Source: Erysipelothrix inopinata (GTDB lineage: Bacteria > Bacillota_I > Bacilli_A > Erysipelotrichales > Erysipelotrichaceae). Taken from it: DNA of 32,000 nt. Shown here in pieces: positions 1 to 8,633 of this stretch. Position numbers and translations under genes: made by a program. The notes beneath the pieces were generated by a model. The model was given only the letters and a program-made list of their open reading frames with translations, was not told where the DNA came from and did no database searches. Positions within the stretch are counted from its first letter, which is position 1. Each line of letters opens with the position of its first letter. The stretch lies in NCBI RefSeq assembly GCF_014396165.1, contig NZ_CP060715.1, positions 180,001-212,000 of the forward strand, given 5' to 3'.

Positions 1-1
1 T

Positions 2-370
2 GAGGACACTGTAAAAAGTTTCTTGCGTGAAAATAAAACTACGCACATGTACTCTACAACATCAGGACAAGAAGCAATCACTCACTATAAAGTGATTAAG
101 AAAACAGATAATGTTTCAATTCTTAAAGTCAATATTGATACCGGTCGTAAAAACCAAATTCGTGTTCATATGAATGATATTGGTCACCCAATCATCGGTG
201 ATCGTAAATATGATGCGAAGACAAATCCACTTAAACGTCTTGGACTTCATGCTTATCGACTTCAAATTAAGAATCCAAAAACAAAAAAAGTGATGACATT
301 TATCGCACCACTTCCACCGAAGTTTAAAAAACTTTCGAAAATTACTGAAACTCAAGAGAAATCAATCTAA
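2..370 (+). CDS. RluA-family pseudouridine synthase, C-terminal part (gene starts upstream of window)
   Basis: Frame is open from the window edge. The block GRKNQIRVHMNDIGHPIIGDRKYD is typical of the RluA/RluD family. TAA stop at 368-370. Confidence 0.85.
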   Translation, partial: EDTVKSFLRENKTTHMYSTTSGQEAITHYKVIKKTDNVSILKVNIDTGRKNQIRVHMNDIGHPIIGDRKYDAKTNPLKRLGLHAYRLQIKNPKTKKVMTFIAPLPPKFKKLSKITETQEKSI

Positions 371-910
371 GCCGTTCGCGGCTTTTTTTGTCCACTCGTC
401 TCTCAAAACTCCATATTTAATTGAATCATAATATTCGCCCTTATAGTAACGGCATTTTCTAAGTCTTGCCTCAAGTGTCATATCAAGTTTATCCCCAATA
501 GCCATCATACCCGGATTACCTGACCATGTTGTAAATCCAACTCGTTGGATGAGAGGAAACTTTTCAAACAGCTCTGTAATCCATAAATTGGATACATACG
601 TTCCGATACCCTTTCCCCAATAAGACTCATCGTAGATAACAAGCCCGTACTCCAACCATCGGGTAGGTCTTGATTCCCAATAAAAAGAAACCAGCCCGAT
701 CAATACGTCATCAACATAGATACCACGACGATGATCAACATCAATGTAGTAAGGCGCATAATCATTAAGATATGTTCTATAGTCTATCGCTTGATACTCA
801 TTAAAATAAGGAGCATTAAAATGACTCCATTGCGGATCTTCATCTTTGAATGCAATTTCCCAAAGTTTTTGCGCGTCAGTTTCAGGTATGTAATCAATTA
901 TTATTTTCAT
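362..910 (-). CDS. GNAT-family N-acetyltransferase (RimJ/RimL-like)
   Basis: 182-aa ORF. YWGKGIGT acetyl-CoA loop-like motif and GNAT-like C-terminal half. Overlaps the convergent upstream gene by 9 nt. Confidence 0.75.
   Translation of the reverse strand: MKIIIDYIPETDAQKLWEIAFKDEDPQWSHFNAPYFNEYQAIDYRTYLNDYAPYYIDVDHRRGIYVDDVLIGLVSFYWESRPTRWLEYGLVIYDESYWGKGIGTYVSNLWITELFEKFPLIQRVGFTTWSGNPGMMAIGDKLDMTLEARLRKCRYYKGEYYDSIKYGVLRDEWTKKAANGLD
370..389 (+). terminator. Rho-independent terminator of the pseudouridine synthase gene, embedded in the 3' end of the convergent GNAT CDS
   Basis: AGCCG-ttcg-CGGCT hairpin (370-383) followed by a T7 run (383-389). Confidence 0.6.
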
Positions 911-963
911 ATTTAATCACTTCTTTTCTTAGTTTTTTGATATAATTTTTTTAGGAGGTTCTT

Positions 964-2019
964 ATGGATTCACAATCACTCTACTTATTACTTTTTATTA
1001 CTTTACTTCCACTGATTGCTTTACTCATATCTTACAAAAGAAATCGTGGCAGTATCTATAATGGATTCTATTTCTTGGGATTCATTGGAGCCCTAGGGAT
1101 TGATTTCATTGCCTTTGCGTTCTCTTCTCAGAATAAGATTCTGATGATATTAGCCGGTCTCATCGCTATGGTCTTCGTGGTTCTTTCATTCTTTGGAACC
1201 TTTATCCTTATTATAGCACTCTTCAAAAATGCACGAAACCTGATTCAAAAGGAGGGTTTCCGATTCCATAATTTACTTACATTATTTGCTGCTATTGGAT
1301 TAGTCATATTATTAATAATTCCACCAATAGTTAATGGAGCCATTCCAGAAGACGCTTATTATTTGCGAGCACTCTATAGTTTTTTCATGTTCGCGATCTA
1401 TTACTTTATTTTTGTGTTTATTCTCTTTCTATTGGCATCCTGGATCTATCGATTTGCACCGAACAAAGCAAACAAAGACTTTATCATTGTTCTGGGAAGT
1501 GGCTTGAGAAATGGACGCGAAGTACCACCGCTTCTTGCAAGTCGTATCGACTACGCTATCGAGTTCTACCAAAAACACGAAGTTAAACCAATTCTTATTT
1601 TCTCTGGTGGTCGTGGTGACGATGAACATCTTGCTGAAGGTGTAGCTATGAAAGACTACGCAATCCATCACGGCATTCCCGAAGATCACGCTATTGCTGA
1701 AGATCAGTCACGAAACACCTATGAGAATATGCTATTCTCTAAAAGAATCATGGATAATCTAAAACCAGATGGAAAATATAAAGTTGCTTTCTCGTCAAAT
1801 AATTTCCACATATTTAGAGCAGACCGTTATGCACGAATGGTCGGGCTTAAAAACACACACGGTATCGCTGCCAAGACTGCTACTTACTTTATTCCTAATG
1901 CGATGATTCGAGAATATATTGCCCTCATCGTAATGACAAAAAGAACTCACATCGTTGTGCTAAGTCTGGTTTTCATCCTTATCTTCACATTTGCCGTTGT
2001 AAGTTCAATCCTATTATAA
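964..2019 (+). CDS. DUF218/YdcF(SanA/ElyC-like) domain membrane protein
   Basis: AGGAGG RBS before ATG 964. About 5 N-terminal hydrophobic helices, then IIVLGSGL...ILIFSGGRG...DQSRNTYEN blocks characteristic of the DUF218 fold. Confidence 0.8.
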   Translation: MDSQSLYLLLFITLLPLIALLISYKRNRGSIYNGFYFLGFIGALGIDFIAFAFSSQNKILMILAGLIAMVFVVLSFFGTFILIIALFKNARNLIQKEGFRFHNLLTLFAAIGLVILLIIPPIVNGAIPEDAYYLRALYSFFMFAIYYFIFVFILFLLASWIYRFAPNKANKDFIIVLGSGLRNGREVPPLLASRIDYAIEFYQKHEVKPILIFSGGRGDDEHLAEGVAMKDYAIHHGIPEDHAIAEDQSRNTYENMLFSKRIMDNLKPDGKYKVAFSSNNFHIFRADRYARMVGLKNTHGIAAKTATYFIPNAMIREYIALIVMTKRTHIVVLSLVFILIFTFAVVSSILL

Positions 2020-2877
2020 TTTAATACATTTACTCTTAAGAACATCAATTAACGGGTGATGTTGATTCTTAGGGGTTACAAAATGAAATGATCTTTGGAG
2101 GTTGAATGATTCAATCTCCATTTTTCTTAGTTTGCCGGATTTAATTTCTTGTCGTGCAACACCTTCATACATAAAACTAATACAATTATCATTTAGAAGC
2201 ATATTTTTGATTGCAACAAAATTTGCTACTTCCACAATGTGTTTAAATGAGTTAACACTTTCATTTTCCAAAAAGAGCCAGTCTTCCAGTATTTTACGCG
2301 TTCCCGACCCTTCCTCACGGATTAGTAAAGATCGGTTAAATAGATCTTGTAAATCAATCGGCTCTTTATCAAGTTGCTCTTTAGCAGATGTCACCGCAAT
2401 AAATGGTTCCTGACGGTAAGCTATCCCATCAAAACACTTTCGATCATAGCTTCCCTCAATTAATGCAGCATCCAATTGACCAATTTTCATAAGCTCAAGT
2501 AACTCCTCAGTATTGCCGATTACAATTTCCGATTCATGACTTGACTCCACTAAAAAAGAACCCAGTTCATCTGGAAAGTAATAATCCGCAATTGATAAAG
2601 TCATACCAAAACTGACTTTTTGCTTCTTTAGTGCTATATTTTGATGGAGCGTATCAATTTGTTGGGCATTCGCTTTGGCATATTGATATAAAATATCAGC
2701 ATACTCCGTAAATTCCATCTTACCGCCATTAGTATTTACCAACTTACAATCAAACTGCGTTTCTAATTTCTTAATTTGTTGAGAGACAGCAGGTTGAGTG
2801 AGGTGCAACGTTTCAGCTGCTTGCGTATAACTTTTTAATTCATACACTTTGATAAAGGTTTGTAATTTATTATCCAT
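2014..2877 (-). CDS. LysR-family transcriptional regulator
   Basis: N-terminal HTH FIKVYELKSYTQAAETLHLTQPAVSQQIKKLE and a typical LTTR-length effector domain. GGGGTGA RBS. Divergent from the YeiH-like gene. Confidence 0.9.
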   Translation of the reverse strand: MDNKLQTFIKVYELKSYTQAAETLHLTQPAVSQQIKKLETQFDCKLVNTNGGKMEFTEYADILYQYAKANAQQIDTLHQNIALKKQKVSFGMTLSIADYYFPDELGSFLVESSHESEIVIGNTEELLELMKIGQLDAALIEGSYDRKCFDGIAYRQEPFIAVTSAKEQLDKEPIDLQDLFNRSLLIREEGSGTRKILEDWLFLENESVNSFKHIVEVANFVAIKNMLLNDNCISFMYEGVARQEIKSGKLRKMEIESFNLQRSFHFVTPKNQHHPLIDVLKSKCIKL

Positions 2878-2904
2878 TCAATCACCCCATAAGAATTACT
2901 TATT

Positions 2905-2948
2905 AACTATAACATATCATAATAAATATTTATAGTTATTCATGATAT
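2905..2948. promoter_or_regulatory. Candidate LTTR operator / divergent promoter region
   Basis: Nested inverted repeats AACTATAA (2905-2912)/TTATAGTT (2930-2937) and ATATCAT/ATGATAT between the LysR gene and its divergent target. Confidence 0.3.
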
Positions 2949-2977
2949 ACTTCTTGAGAACAAAGGGGTATTTAAAA

Positions 2978-3973
2978 ATGAATCTCAAATTTTTTATTGG
3001 AATTTTTGCAGCAGTTTTAATTGCTGTAGTCTCACAGTTTATTGAATCGTTGCTACCACTACCAATTATTGGCGCATCAGTTATTGCTCTTCTAATCGGA
3101 TTGGCACTCAATGCTTTCGTCAACTTTGATAAGGACACAAAAAAAGGCATTCAATTCATGTCTAAAAGAGCTTTGAAGTTTGCCATTATTTTATTAGGAG
3201 CTTCTCTTAATATAACCATTATTTTAAATGTAGGAAAACTATCATTAATGGTTATGATTTTTACACTTATTACATGTTTTGGTGGTGGATACTTTGTAGG
3301 AAAACTGCTGGGCCTTAATTGGAAGTTATCCAATCTCATCTCTGCAGGAACAGGTATTTGTGGGGGTTCCGCCATTGCGGCCATAGCACCAGTTATCGAT
3401 GCTGAGGATAGTGACATAGCTTATGCAATGTCAGCCACATTCTTATTTGATATCCTCATGATAATTTTATTTCCTATCATTGGTAAAGCATTAGGGCTCA
3501 GTGATATGGCATATGGGTTATGGGCAGGTACAGCAGTAAACGACACTTCCTCAGTTGTGGCGGCAGGTTACGCATTCTCAGAGGCTGCCGGTGACTTCGC
3601 TACGATGGTAAAACTAACTCGAACACTTGCAATCATCCCCACGGTACTAATATTCTCATATGTTAATATGAAAGTAAGTCATTCCGGATCCAATAAAAAG
3701 GGATCAATCTCATCTGTATTTCCATGGTTTATTGTATTCTTTCTGATAGCATCATTACTCAATTCAATTGGTATAATTTCACCAGAATTCGCCCATGGAT
3801 TAAAACAACTCAGCAAATTTATCATGGTTGCTTCACTTGCTGCCATTGGACTCAATACCGAGTTTTCTGAAATGAAGAAATCCGGAATCAATCCAATGAT
3901 TCACGGTTTCATCATCTCGTTACTTGTCGTCCTTGTCGCACTTGGCGTTGAATATGCAATGGGAATTGTATAA
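2978..3973 (+). CDS. YeiH/UPF0324-family integral membrane protein (putative sulfate/organosulfur exporter family)
   Basis: Polytopic membrane protein with ISAGTGICGGSAIAA and WAGTAVNDTSSVVAAG blocks. Start moved to ATG 2978 (AAAGGGG RBS) rather than the track start at 2942. Divergent LysR partner matches the yeiE-yeiH arrangement. Confidence 0.85.
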   Translation: MNLKFFIGIFAAVLIAVVSQFIESLLPLPIIGASVIALLIGLALNAFVNFDKDTKKGIQFMSKRALKFAIILLGASLNITIILNVGKLSLMVMIFTLITCFGGGYFVGKLLGLNWKLSNLISAGTGICGGSAIAAIAPVIDAEDSDIAYAMSATFLFDILMIILFPIIGKALGLSDMAYGLWAGTAVNDTSSVVAAGYAFSEAAGDFATMVKLTRTLAIIPTVLIFSYVNMKVSHSGSNKKGSISSVFPWFIVFFLIASLLNSIGIISPEFAHGLKQLSKFIMVASLAAIGLNTEFSEMKKSGINPMIHGFIISLLVVLVALGVEYAMGIV

Positions 3974-3986
3974 TTAACTTTAATCC

Positions 3987-4049
3987 AAAAAAAAGAGCTC
4001 ACCGAAGTGAATACTTATGTACTCATCTCGTTAAAGCTCTTTTTCTTTT
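3987..4049. terminator. Long imperfect hairpin, probable bidirectional terminator between the YeiH-like and sipW genes
   Basis: A-run, then AAAGAGCT (3992-3999)...AGCTCTTT (4035-4042), then TTTTTCTTTT. The right arm lies in the 3' end of the sipW CDS. Confidence 0.4.
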
Positions 4050-4561
4050 GAAGAATCGTCCTCTTTCACAATTTTCAATATTGTAATCCATACAATCATG
4101 TTGGTAATCAATAAGATAGGAACCGCATTATTGTAGATTGGAATCAATACTTTTCCAATTTTAGGATTTTGATATGTTACCCGTCCTACAATCATGGAAG
4201 AATCAAGAGTCCATCGATCCCATTCATCACTTACTGCAGGTTTGGTACGGATCCCTTGCTCGCTAATCTCAGCAATGTAGTGAGTAATATATTCATCAAC
4301 ACCATCATTGTTTAAATCGTAGCGAAACGTAATGATATCTCCTACGGATAGATCGTCAACGGATGCCTTAGAAACCACGATTCCATCATACGTATTAATA
4401 ACAGGTTCCATACTACCGCTAACCACCACATACATCTTTGATTTAAAAAACTTTGAGTATTGATTTGGAAAGAAAAGTCCGGTTGCTAATACGGCAGCAA
4501 TCATAACGACTGCAAGGTAGAAAACACCATTCCAAATTCTATTCAGTGTTTCTTTCTTCAT
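4031..4561 (-). CDS. sipW: Signal peptidase I, SipW/ER-archaeal type (S26B)
   Basis: N-terminal TM, Ser box VVSGSMEP, His box ITHYIAEI, C-terminal TM VPILLITNMIVWITILKIV. Starts 4 nt after the upstream gene's stop. Confidence 0.85.
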   Translation of the reverse strand: MKKETLNRIWNGVFYLAVVMIAAVLATGLFFPNQYSKFFKSKMYVVVSGSMEPVINTYDGIVVSKASVDDLSVGDIITFRYDLNNDGVDEYITHYIAEISEQGIRTKPAVSDEWDRWTLDSSMIVGRVTYQNPKIGKVLIPIYNNAVPILLITNMIVWITILKIVKEDDSSKEKEL

Positions 4562-4565
4562 TAAA

Positions 4566-5426
4566 TCATCCGTTTCCAGACAGAATCATTGGTACCAGGA
4601 TATATTGTTTTACCTGATTTTGAATCATAGTTTGTAGGGCCACAAGGCGATATAACCCTTGTTTTCCATTGGAGTCAGTATATAGAACATTTACAGTTGT
4701 GATTCGACCATTTACAAATTCATTGGAATAGATACTCATAGCATCAAACTCAAGATTATTTCTAAGTGACCATCCCATACTTTTTCCAGGTTCTTTATTG
4801 AGATTATTTGCATTATTGGAAATATAAATATGTCCATTATGATAAACAATCCATTGATTCATAATACGACGTTCTTCCCAACTCGGGTCTTTAAACTTAC
4901 CATACTTAGTACTTGGTTTCCAAGATAATTCAGTGGTAGTTCCAACATATACCCAGTTATCACCGTTTCCTGGCATTACACCATTCACGCCCTCATTCAT
5001 TGCATAGTAAATCTTGTTGTTATAAACGACAAGATCATATTTTCCATACGCAATATTCGGATGGTAAGCATCCTGAATTGGCCGATACGGATTACTATAT
5101 GGACCGGATTGATGATCCAAATCAAGTTTGAAGTTGTTTGGATCAACGCCACCCTCACGAACAAGATAAAAGCTGCCATCTTTATATATTATATCTTGCG
5201 ATTTAACCGTATCTTTAATTTCAGATCCTTTATTTTCCTGTAAAGAATCCCATTCCCACATTCCCGGAGGAAGTTCTGGGACAAATTTAAACATGCCTAT
5301 TTTCAGGCTTGAACTTGTGTTATTTTGATTTACTAATATTTTCGTCTCACCCCAATAAGCATAGGTTGTTGACGAAATAAAAAGAGCGCCAGTCACAACT
5401 AGCACAAATGTGATTAGTTTTTTCAT
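4566..5426 (-). CDS. Secreted protein with SipW-type signal peptide and three CBM5/12-like carbohydrate-binding repeats
   Basis: MKKLITFVLVVTGALFISSTTYAYWGE signal. Repeats include YHPNIAYGKYDLVVYNNKIYYAMNEGVNGVMPGNGDNWVYVG. ATG 5426 is preferred to the GTG at 5435 on RBS spacing (GAAAGG). Confidence 0.7.
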   Translation of the reverse strand: MKKLITFVLVVTGALFISSTTYAYWGETKILVNQNNTSSSLKIGMFKFVPELPPGMWEWDSLQENKGSEIKDTVKSQDIIYKDGSFYLVREGGVDPNNFKLDLDHQSGPYSNPYRPIQDAYHPNIAYGKYDLVVYNNKIYYAMNEGVNGVMPGNGDNWVYVGTTTELSWKPSTKYGKFKDPSWEERRIMNQWIVYHNGHIYISNNANNLNKEPGKSMGWSLRNNLEFDAMSIYSNEFVNGRITTVNVLYTDSNGKQGLYRLVALQTMIQNQVKQYILVPMILSGNG

Positions 5427-5451
5427 GAATGACACGCCTTTCTATTTAAAT

Positions 5452-6021
5452 CTATTTAACGATAGCTGTAACTTCAAATTCAAGTGTTACAGTTTTTCCA
5501 GCATATTGATTATAAACTTCTTTATTTGCTGGTTCATCCATGGTTACGTTATAGCGGAATGGTACAGCTGCTTTCGTTTTATCACCCAATACAGTTTGTG
5601 TTAAGGTTGCATTATTTGAACCTTCAAAGTTTAAATGAATTAGGTTCGCATTTCCTTTAACACCATCAATTTTTGTTCCAACATGTTTTACAGTAACTTC
5701 TGTTTCTGCACCATATGCTGGGCTATTTTTTTCAACATCCCAAACTACATTTACAGCTTGGTTGATTTTTTCAGTCATTTCTTTATTATTTGCATCAGTA
5801 CGACCTGCTGGTACTAATACTCCAGATTTTCCATCAAGTGTTACTGTCAGCGTAGTCTTGACTTCTTCATCTTTCGCAGCACCTAATACAATCGTATTTT
5901 CGCCTGAGTTATTGTCTACAGTAATTTTATTATCACGAGCCCAGTAGGACCAAGTGAAACCAGTCAATAGCATTGATAACAGCACTAAAACACTAATGCT
6001 TACTTTTTTTGCATTATTCAT
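5452..6021 (-). CDS. TasA/camelysin (peptidase M73)-like secreted protein with SipW-type signal peptide
   Basis: GAGGAG RBS before ATG 6021 (the track start at 6054 has none). KKVSISVLVLLSMLLTGFTWSYWARD signal. C-terminal NQYAGKTVTLEFEVTA resembles the TasA-family C-terminal strand as I recall it. Confidence 0.7.
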   Translation of the reverse strand: MNNAKKVSISVLVLLSMLLTGFTWSYWARDNKITVDNNSGENTIVLGAAKDEEVKTTLTVTLDGKSGVLVPAGRTDANNKEMTEKINQAVNVVWDVEKNSPAYGAETEVTVKHVGTKIDGVKGNANLIHLNFEGSNNATLTQTVLGDKTKAAVPFRYNVTMDEPANKEVYNQYAGKTVTLEFEVTAIVK

Positions 6022-6052
6022 TATTTTCTCCTCTTTAGACGGCACAAAATTC

Positions 6053-6080
6053 ATTATACTTATCGCAAAATAAAATGCAA
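6053..6080 (-). promoter_or_regulatory. Candidate sigmaA promoter of the tasA-like operon
   Basis: Minus strand TTGCAT (6080-6075), 16 nt, TATAAT (6058-6053), about 30 nt upstream of ATG 6021. Confidence 0.45.
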
Positions 6081-6107
6081 GGAAAATTATCTATTCTAAC
6101 ATAAAAG

Positions 6108-6143
6108 TTTTTGATAAGATATCCTTTACTTTTTATAAGATAT
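6108..6143. repeat. Two direct repeats TTTTT(G)ATAAGATAT upstream of the tasA-like promoter
   Basis: 6108-6122 TTTTTGATAAGATAT and 6130-6143 TTTTTATAAGATAT, 22 bp centre to centre. Confidence 0.3.
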
Positions 6144-6210
6144 GCGTTATGGGGACGCCATAATACCACTAATAGTCGTAAGCGATTTCACTTAAAATAC
6201 CCCAACACAT

Positions 6211-6264
6211 AAAAACAAAACAGTAATTCACCCCCTCAATTCACTAAGTAGGCACTGTTTTGTT
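6211..6264 (-). terminator. Probable terminator of the PLD-family gene (large-loop hairpin)
   Basis: AACAAAACAGT (6214-6224)/ACTGTTTTGTT (6254-6264), an 11-bp stem. On the minus-strand RNA it is followed by TTTTTAT. Confidence 0.4.
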
Positions 6265-6290
6265 AATATCCTAATTTATTTTAATTTTAT

Positions 6291-7670
6291 TTAAATCAGT
6301 GGTTCAAACACTTTAGAAACAACGCCAACAACAAACATTAAAACTTTTTTAACTAGCGAAACATCGCCTTCTTCAACCAATTCATTTTGAACATAGTTAT
6401 TATCAGGACCAACTAGCAACGACATATTCTTTTTCTTATTTACTTTTTGGTTCAGTGATGTTGTTGCTTCTTTTCCTTTTACATAAACAACCGTTTCTGT
6501 ATTTAGATAGAGACTTCGGTTATCCAAATTAAACGATCCTACAATATTTATATCATCATCCACAACCATCAACTTCGTATGAAGCGATGTATCACCATCA
6601 CTTTGGAACTCATAAATATTCATTCCTGTTCGCAAGAATTGTCTTCGATTAGAGAGATAGTTAGAAAAAGCAGGATAATTAGGAGACGAGCTCTCGGAGT
6701 TCGTCAGATAGTTTACTTTTATGTGGTTATCATTCAGCGACTTAAATGAATCAAGAATTACTTTAGTCGGTGTCGCGTAAGGTGTTTGTACCGTCACACT
6801 TTCTTGTGCCCCATTCGCAACCAACTGATATAAATACCCTATTTTAGGTTCTTTCATCATCGTATTGATGTCATTATGAAATATTTTAATATCCTCAACT
6901 TCAATCATTGTTTCTGGATTTAAGAGTGCATAATTATGATCGTAAAATCTAAATTTTTGTTCAAAGTCATCGTTTTCAATTCGCCAGTTGGTTTGTTTCT
7001 TCGCAACCGTATCTTTACTCTCATGCATAAGTAAAATAAACGCGTCAATATCAACCATAAGTTGAGAATTCCCCAACTCATCATAGATCAACACTTCCAT
7101 ATCTTGCGTATAATGTCTTCCTGGTTTGTAATATTGATTCCCTATATTTCTTCCACCAATTAACAAATATTTATTATCAGCTTTGAGGTATTTATCATGT
7201 AATGTTGCGTTCCACTTCCATGGTTTCAATAAATGGAAAGGATTGTAATACTTAAGTTCTATATTTGGATGATGGCTCAACTTATATTTATAAGTTCGAC
7301 TCATACCATTCATCTTGGCATCAACAACCATACGCACTTTCACACCACGATCAGCTGCATCCAATAAACCTCCGATGATAAGATCTGAACTCTCATCATT
7401 TTTAATGAGATACGTAGACATATCAAGTGTCGACTCAGCTTTTTTAATGACAGCAAGGCGTGTTTGCAATGCCTCTTCACCTTCATCAATATATTTAACT
7501 TTTAAGTTGCCATCCACGGGACTTTCTAGCTTAGTTTGAATGGTAGTTTTGCTTTCTGATGAGATCTCTTTTCCTTTAATGTAAGGGAGATAAGCAAAAA
7601 TAAGACAGTAAATCAGATAGACAATTAAGAGCTTATATCCAAACTTAAATAATTTAAACGATTTTTTCAT
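6291..7670 (-). CDS. Phospholipase D/cardiolipin-synthase-like protein with two HKD motifs and an N-terminal TM anchor
   Basis: HDKYLKAD and HTKLMVVD (HxKxxxxD) motifs, each followed by GG/GS-xN. N-terminal hydrophobic helix. GAGGTGA RBS. Confidence 0.85.
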   Translation of the reverse strand: MKKSFKLFKFGYKLLIVYLIYCLIFAYLPYIKGKEISSESKTTIQTKLESPVDGNLKVKYIDEGEEALQTRLAVIKKAESTLDMSTYLIKNDESSDLIIGGLLDAADRGVKVRMVVDAKMNGMSRTYKYKLSHHPNIELKYYNPFHLLKPWKWNATLHDKYLKADNKYLLIGGRNIGNQYYKPGRHYTQDMEVLIYDELGNSQLMVDIDAFILLMHESKDTVAKKQTNWRIENDDFEQKFRFYDHNYALLNPETMIEVEDIKIFHNDINTMMKEPKIGYLYQLVANGAQESVTVQTPYATPTKVILDSFKSLNDNHIKVNYLTNSESSSPNYPAFSNYLSNRRQFLRTGMNIYEFQSDGDTSLHTKLMVVDDDINIVGSFNLDNRSLYLNTETVVYVKGKEATTSLNQKVNKKKNMSLLVGPDNNYVQNELVEEGDVSLVKKVLMFVVGVVSKVFEPLI

Positions 7671-7757
7671 TGTATCACCTCATCTATCATAAGCTTTTCC
7701 TCGTAAATTTGCACCCTTGCATGATATACTAATATTAATGAAAGAGGTAGAAAAACT

Positions 7758-8576
7758 ATGTTCTATGATAACGTTGTAGCTTCGGCTGAATATATTCAAA
7801 GTAACACAAGCATCAAACCCCGTATTGGTATTATTTTAGGAAGTGGATTAGGAAGTCTTGTTGATCGTATTGAGAATAAAGAAATTATCCCTTACGATTC
7901 CATTCCTCAATTCCCAAAATCAAGTCTTGAAGGACACGCTGGTAATCTCGTTTTCGGTACAATTGGCGATCAAAATGTTATGGTTATGCAAGGACGTTTC
8001 CACTATTATGAAGGATTTGCCATGAAAGAAGTTACTTATCCTATCTATGTCATGAAAATGATGGGTGTAGAAAGTATGATTGTGACAAACGCTTGTGGTG
8101 GTATTAACACTGATTTCAAACCTGGTGACCTCATGATTATCGATGACTTCATCAACTCAGTTAGCACCAACCCTCTTGTAGGATCCAATGATGAACGCTT
8201 TGGTCCTCGTTTCCCAGATATGTCGGAACCATATTCAACAGAACTTAGAGATCATGCAAAAGAAATTGCGAAAGATCTTAACATTGAATACAAGGAAGGT
8301 GTTTACACATTCTTCCAAGGACCTTACTATGAAACACGTGCAGAAATTAGAATGTACGGTAAAAATGGTAGTGATGCCATCGGAATGTCAACGGTCCCTG
8401 AAACTATTGTTGCGAACTATTTAGGCCTCAAAGTTCTAGGTATCTCATGTATTACTAACATGGCGACAGGACTTCGTGACGGAAAACATTCCCATGCGGA
8501 AGTTGTTGCAATTGCAAACAAAGCGAGTGAAGATCTCTGTAACTGGGTTGAAGCACTTATTAAAGATTGGAAATAA
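7758..8576 (+). CDS. punA: Purine nucleoside phosphorylase (trimeric PNP/PunA type)
   Basis: 272 aa. GIILGSGLG, HAGNLVFG, MQGRFHYYEG and GMSTVPE blocks typical of inosine/guanosine PNP. Confidence 0.92.
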   Translation: MFYDNVVASAEYIQSNTSIKPRIGIILGSGLGSLVDRIENKEIIPYDSIPQFPKSSLEGHAGNLVFGTIGDQNVMVMQGRFHYYEGFAMKEVTYPIYVMKMMGVESMIVTNACGGINTDFKPGDLMIIDDFINSVSTNPLVGSNDERFGPRFPDMSEPYSTELRDHAKEIAKDLNIEYKEGVYTFFQGPYYETRAEIRMYGKNGSDAIGMSTVPETIVANYLGLKVLGISCITNMATGLRDGKHSHAEVVAIANKASEDLCNWVEALIKDWK

Positions 8577-8585
8577 TAAATTAAT

Positions 8586-8633
8586 AAAAGCCACCTCATT
8601 CGCAATTTATGCGAAATGAAGTGGCTTTTTTTT
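8586..8633. terminator. Bidirectional terminator between punA and the P-type ATPase gene
   Basis: AAAA-GCCACCTCATTCGCA...TGCGAAATGAAGTGGC-TTTTTTTT imperfect hairpin. Confidence 0.6.

Noticed and set aside
6147-6163. Palindrome TTATGG-ggacg-CCATAA, similar to TTATGGA-ctgc-TCCATAA at 18513-18530, as a possible shared regulator site.
   Set aside because: There are only two short 6-7-bp arms with different spacers in AT-rich DNA, which could easily be chance. The second is kept only as part of the leader observation.
6291-7670. PLD-family protein as a defence nuclease or as a fourth member of the sipW operon.
   Set aside because: It has two HKD motifs plus an N-terminal membrane anchor, which fits a cardiolipin-synthase/phospholipase architecture. 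A hairpin terminator and a separate promoter lie between it and the tasA-like gene.
7671-7757. Purine riboswitch upstream of punA.
   Set aside because: The intergenic region is only 87 nt and holds divergent promoters. It has none of the conserved purine-riboswitch loop or junction sequences.
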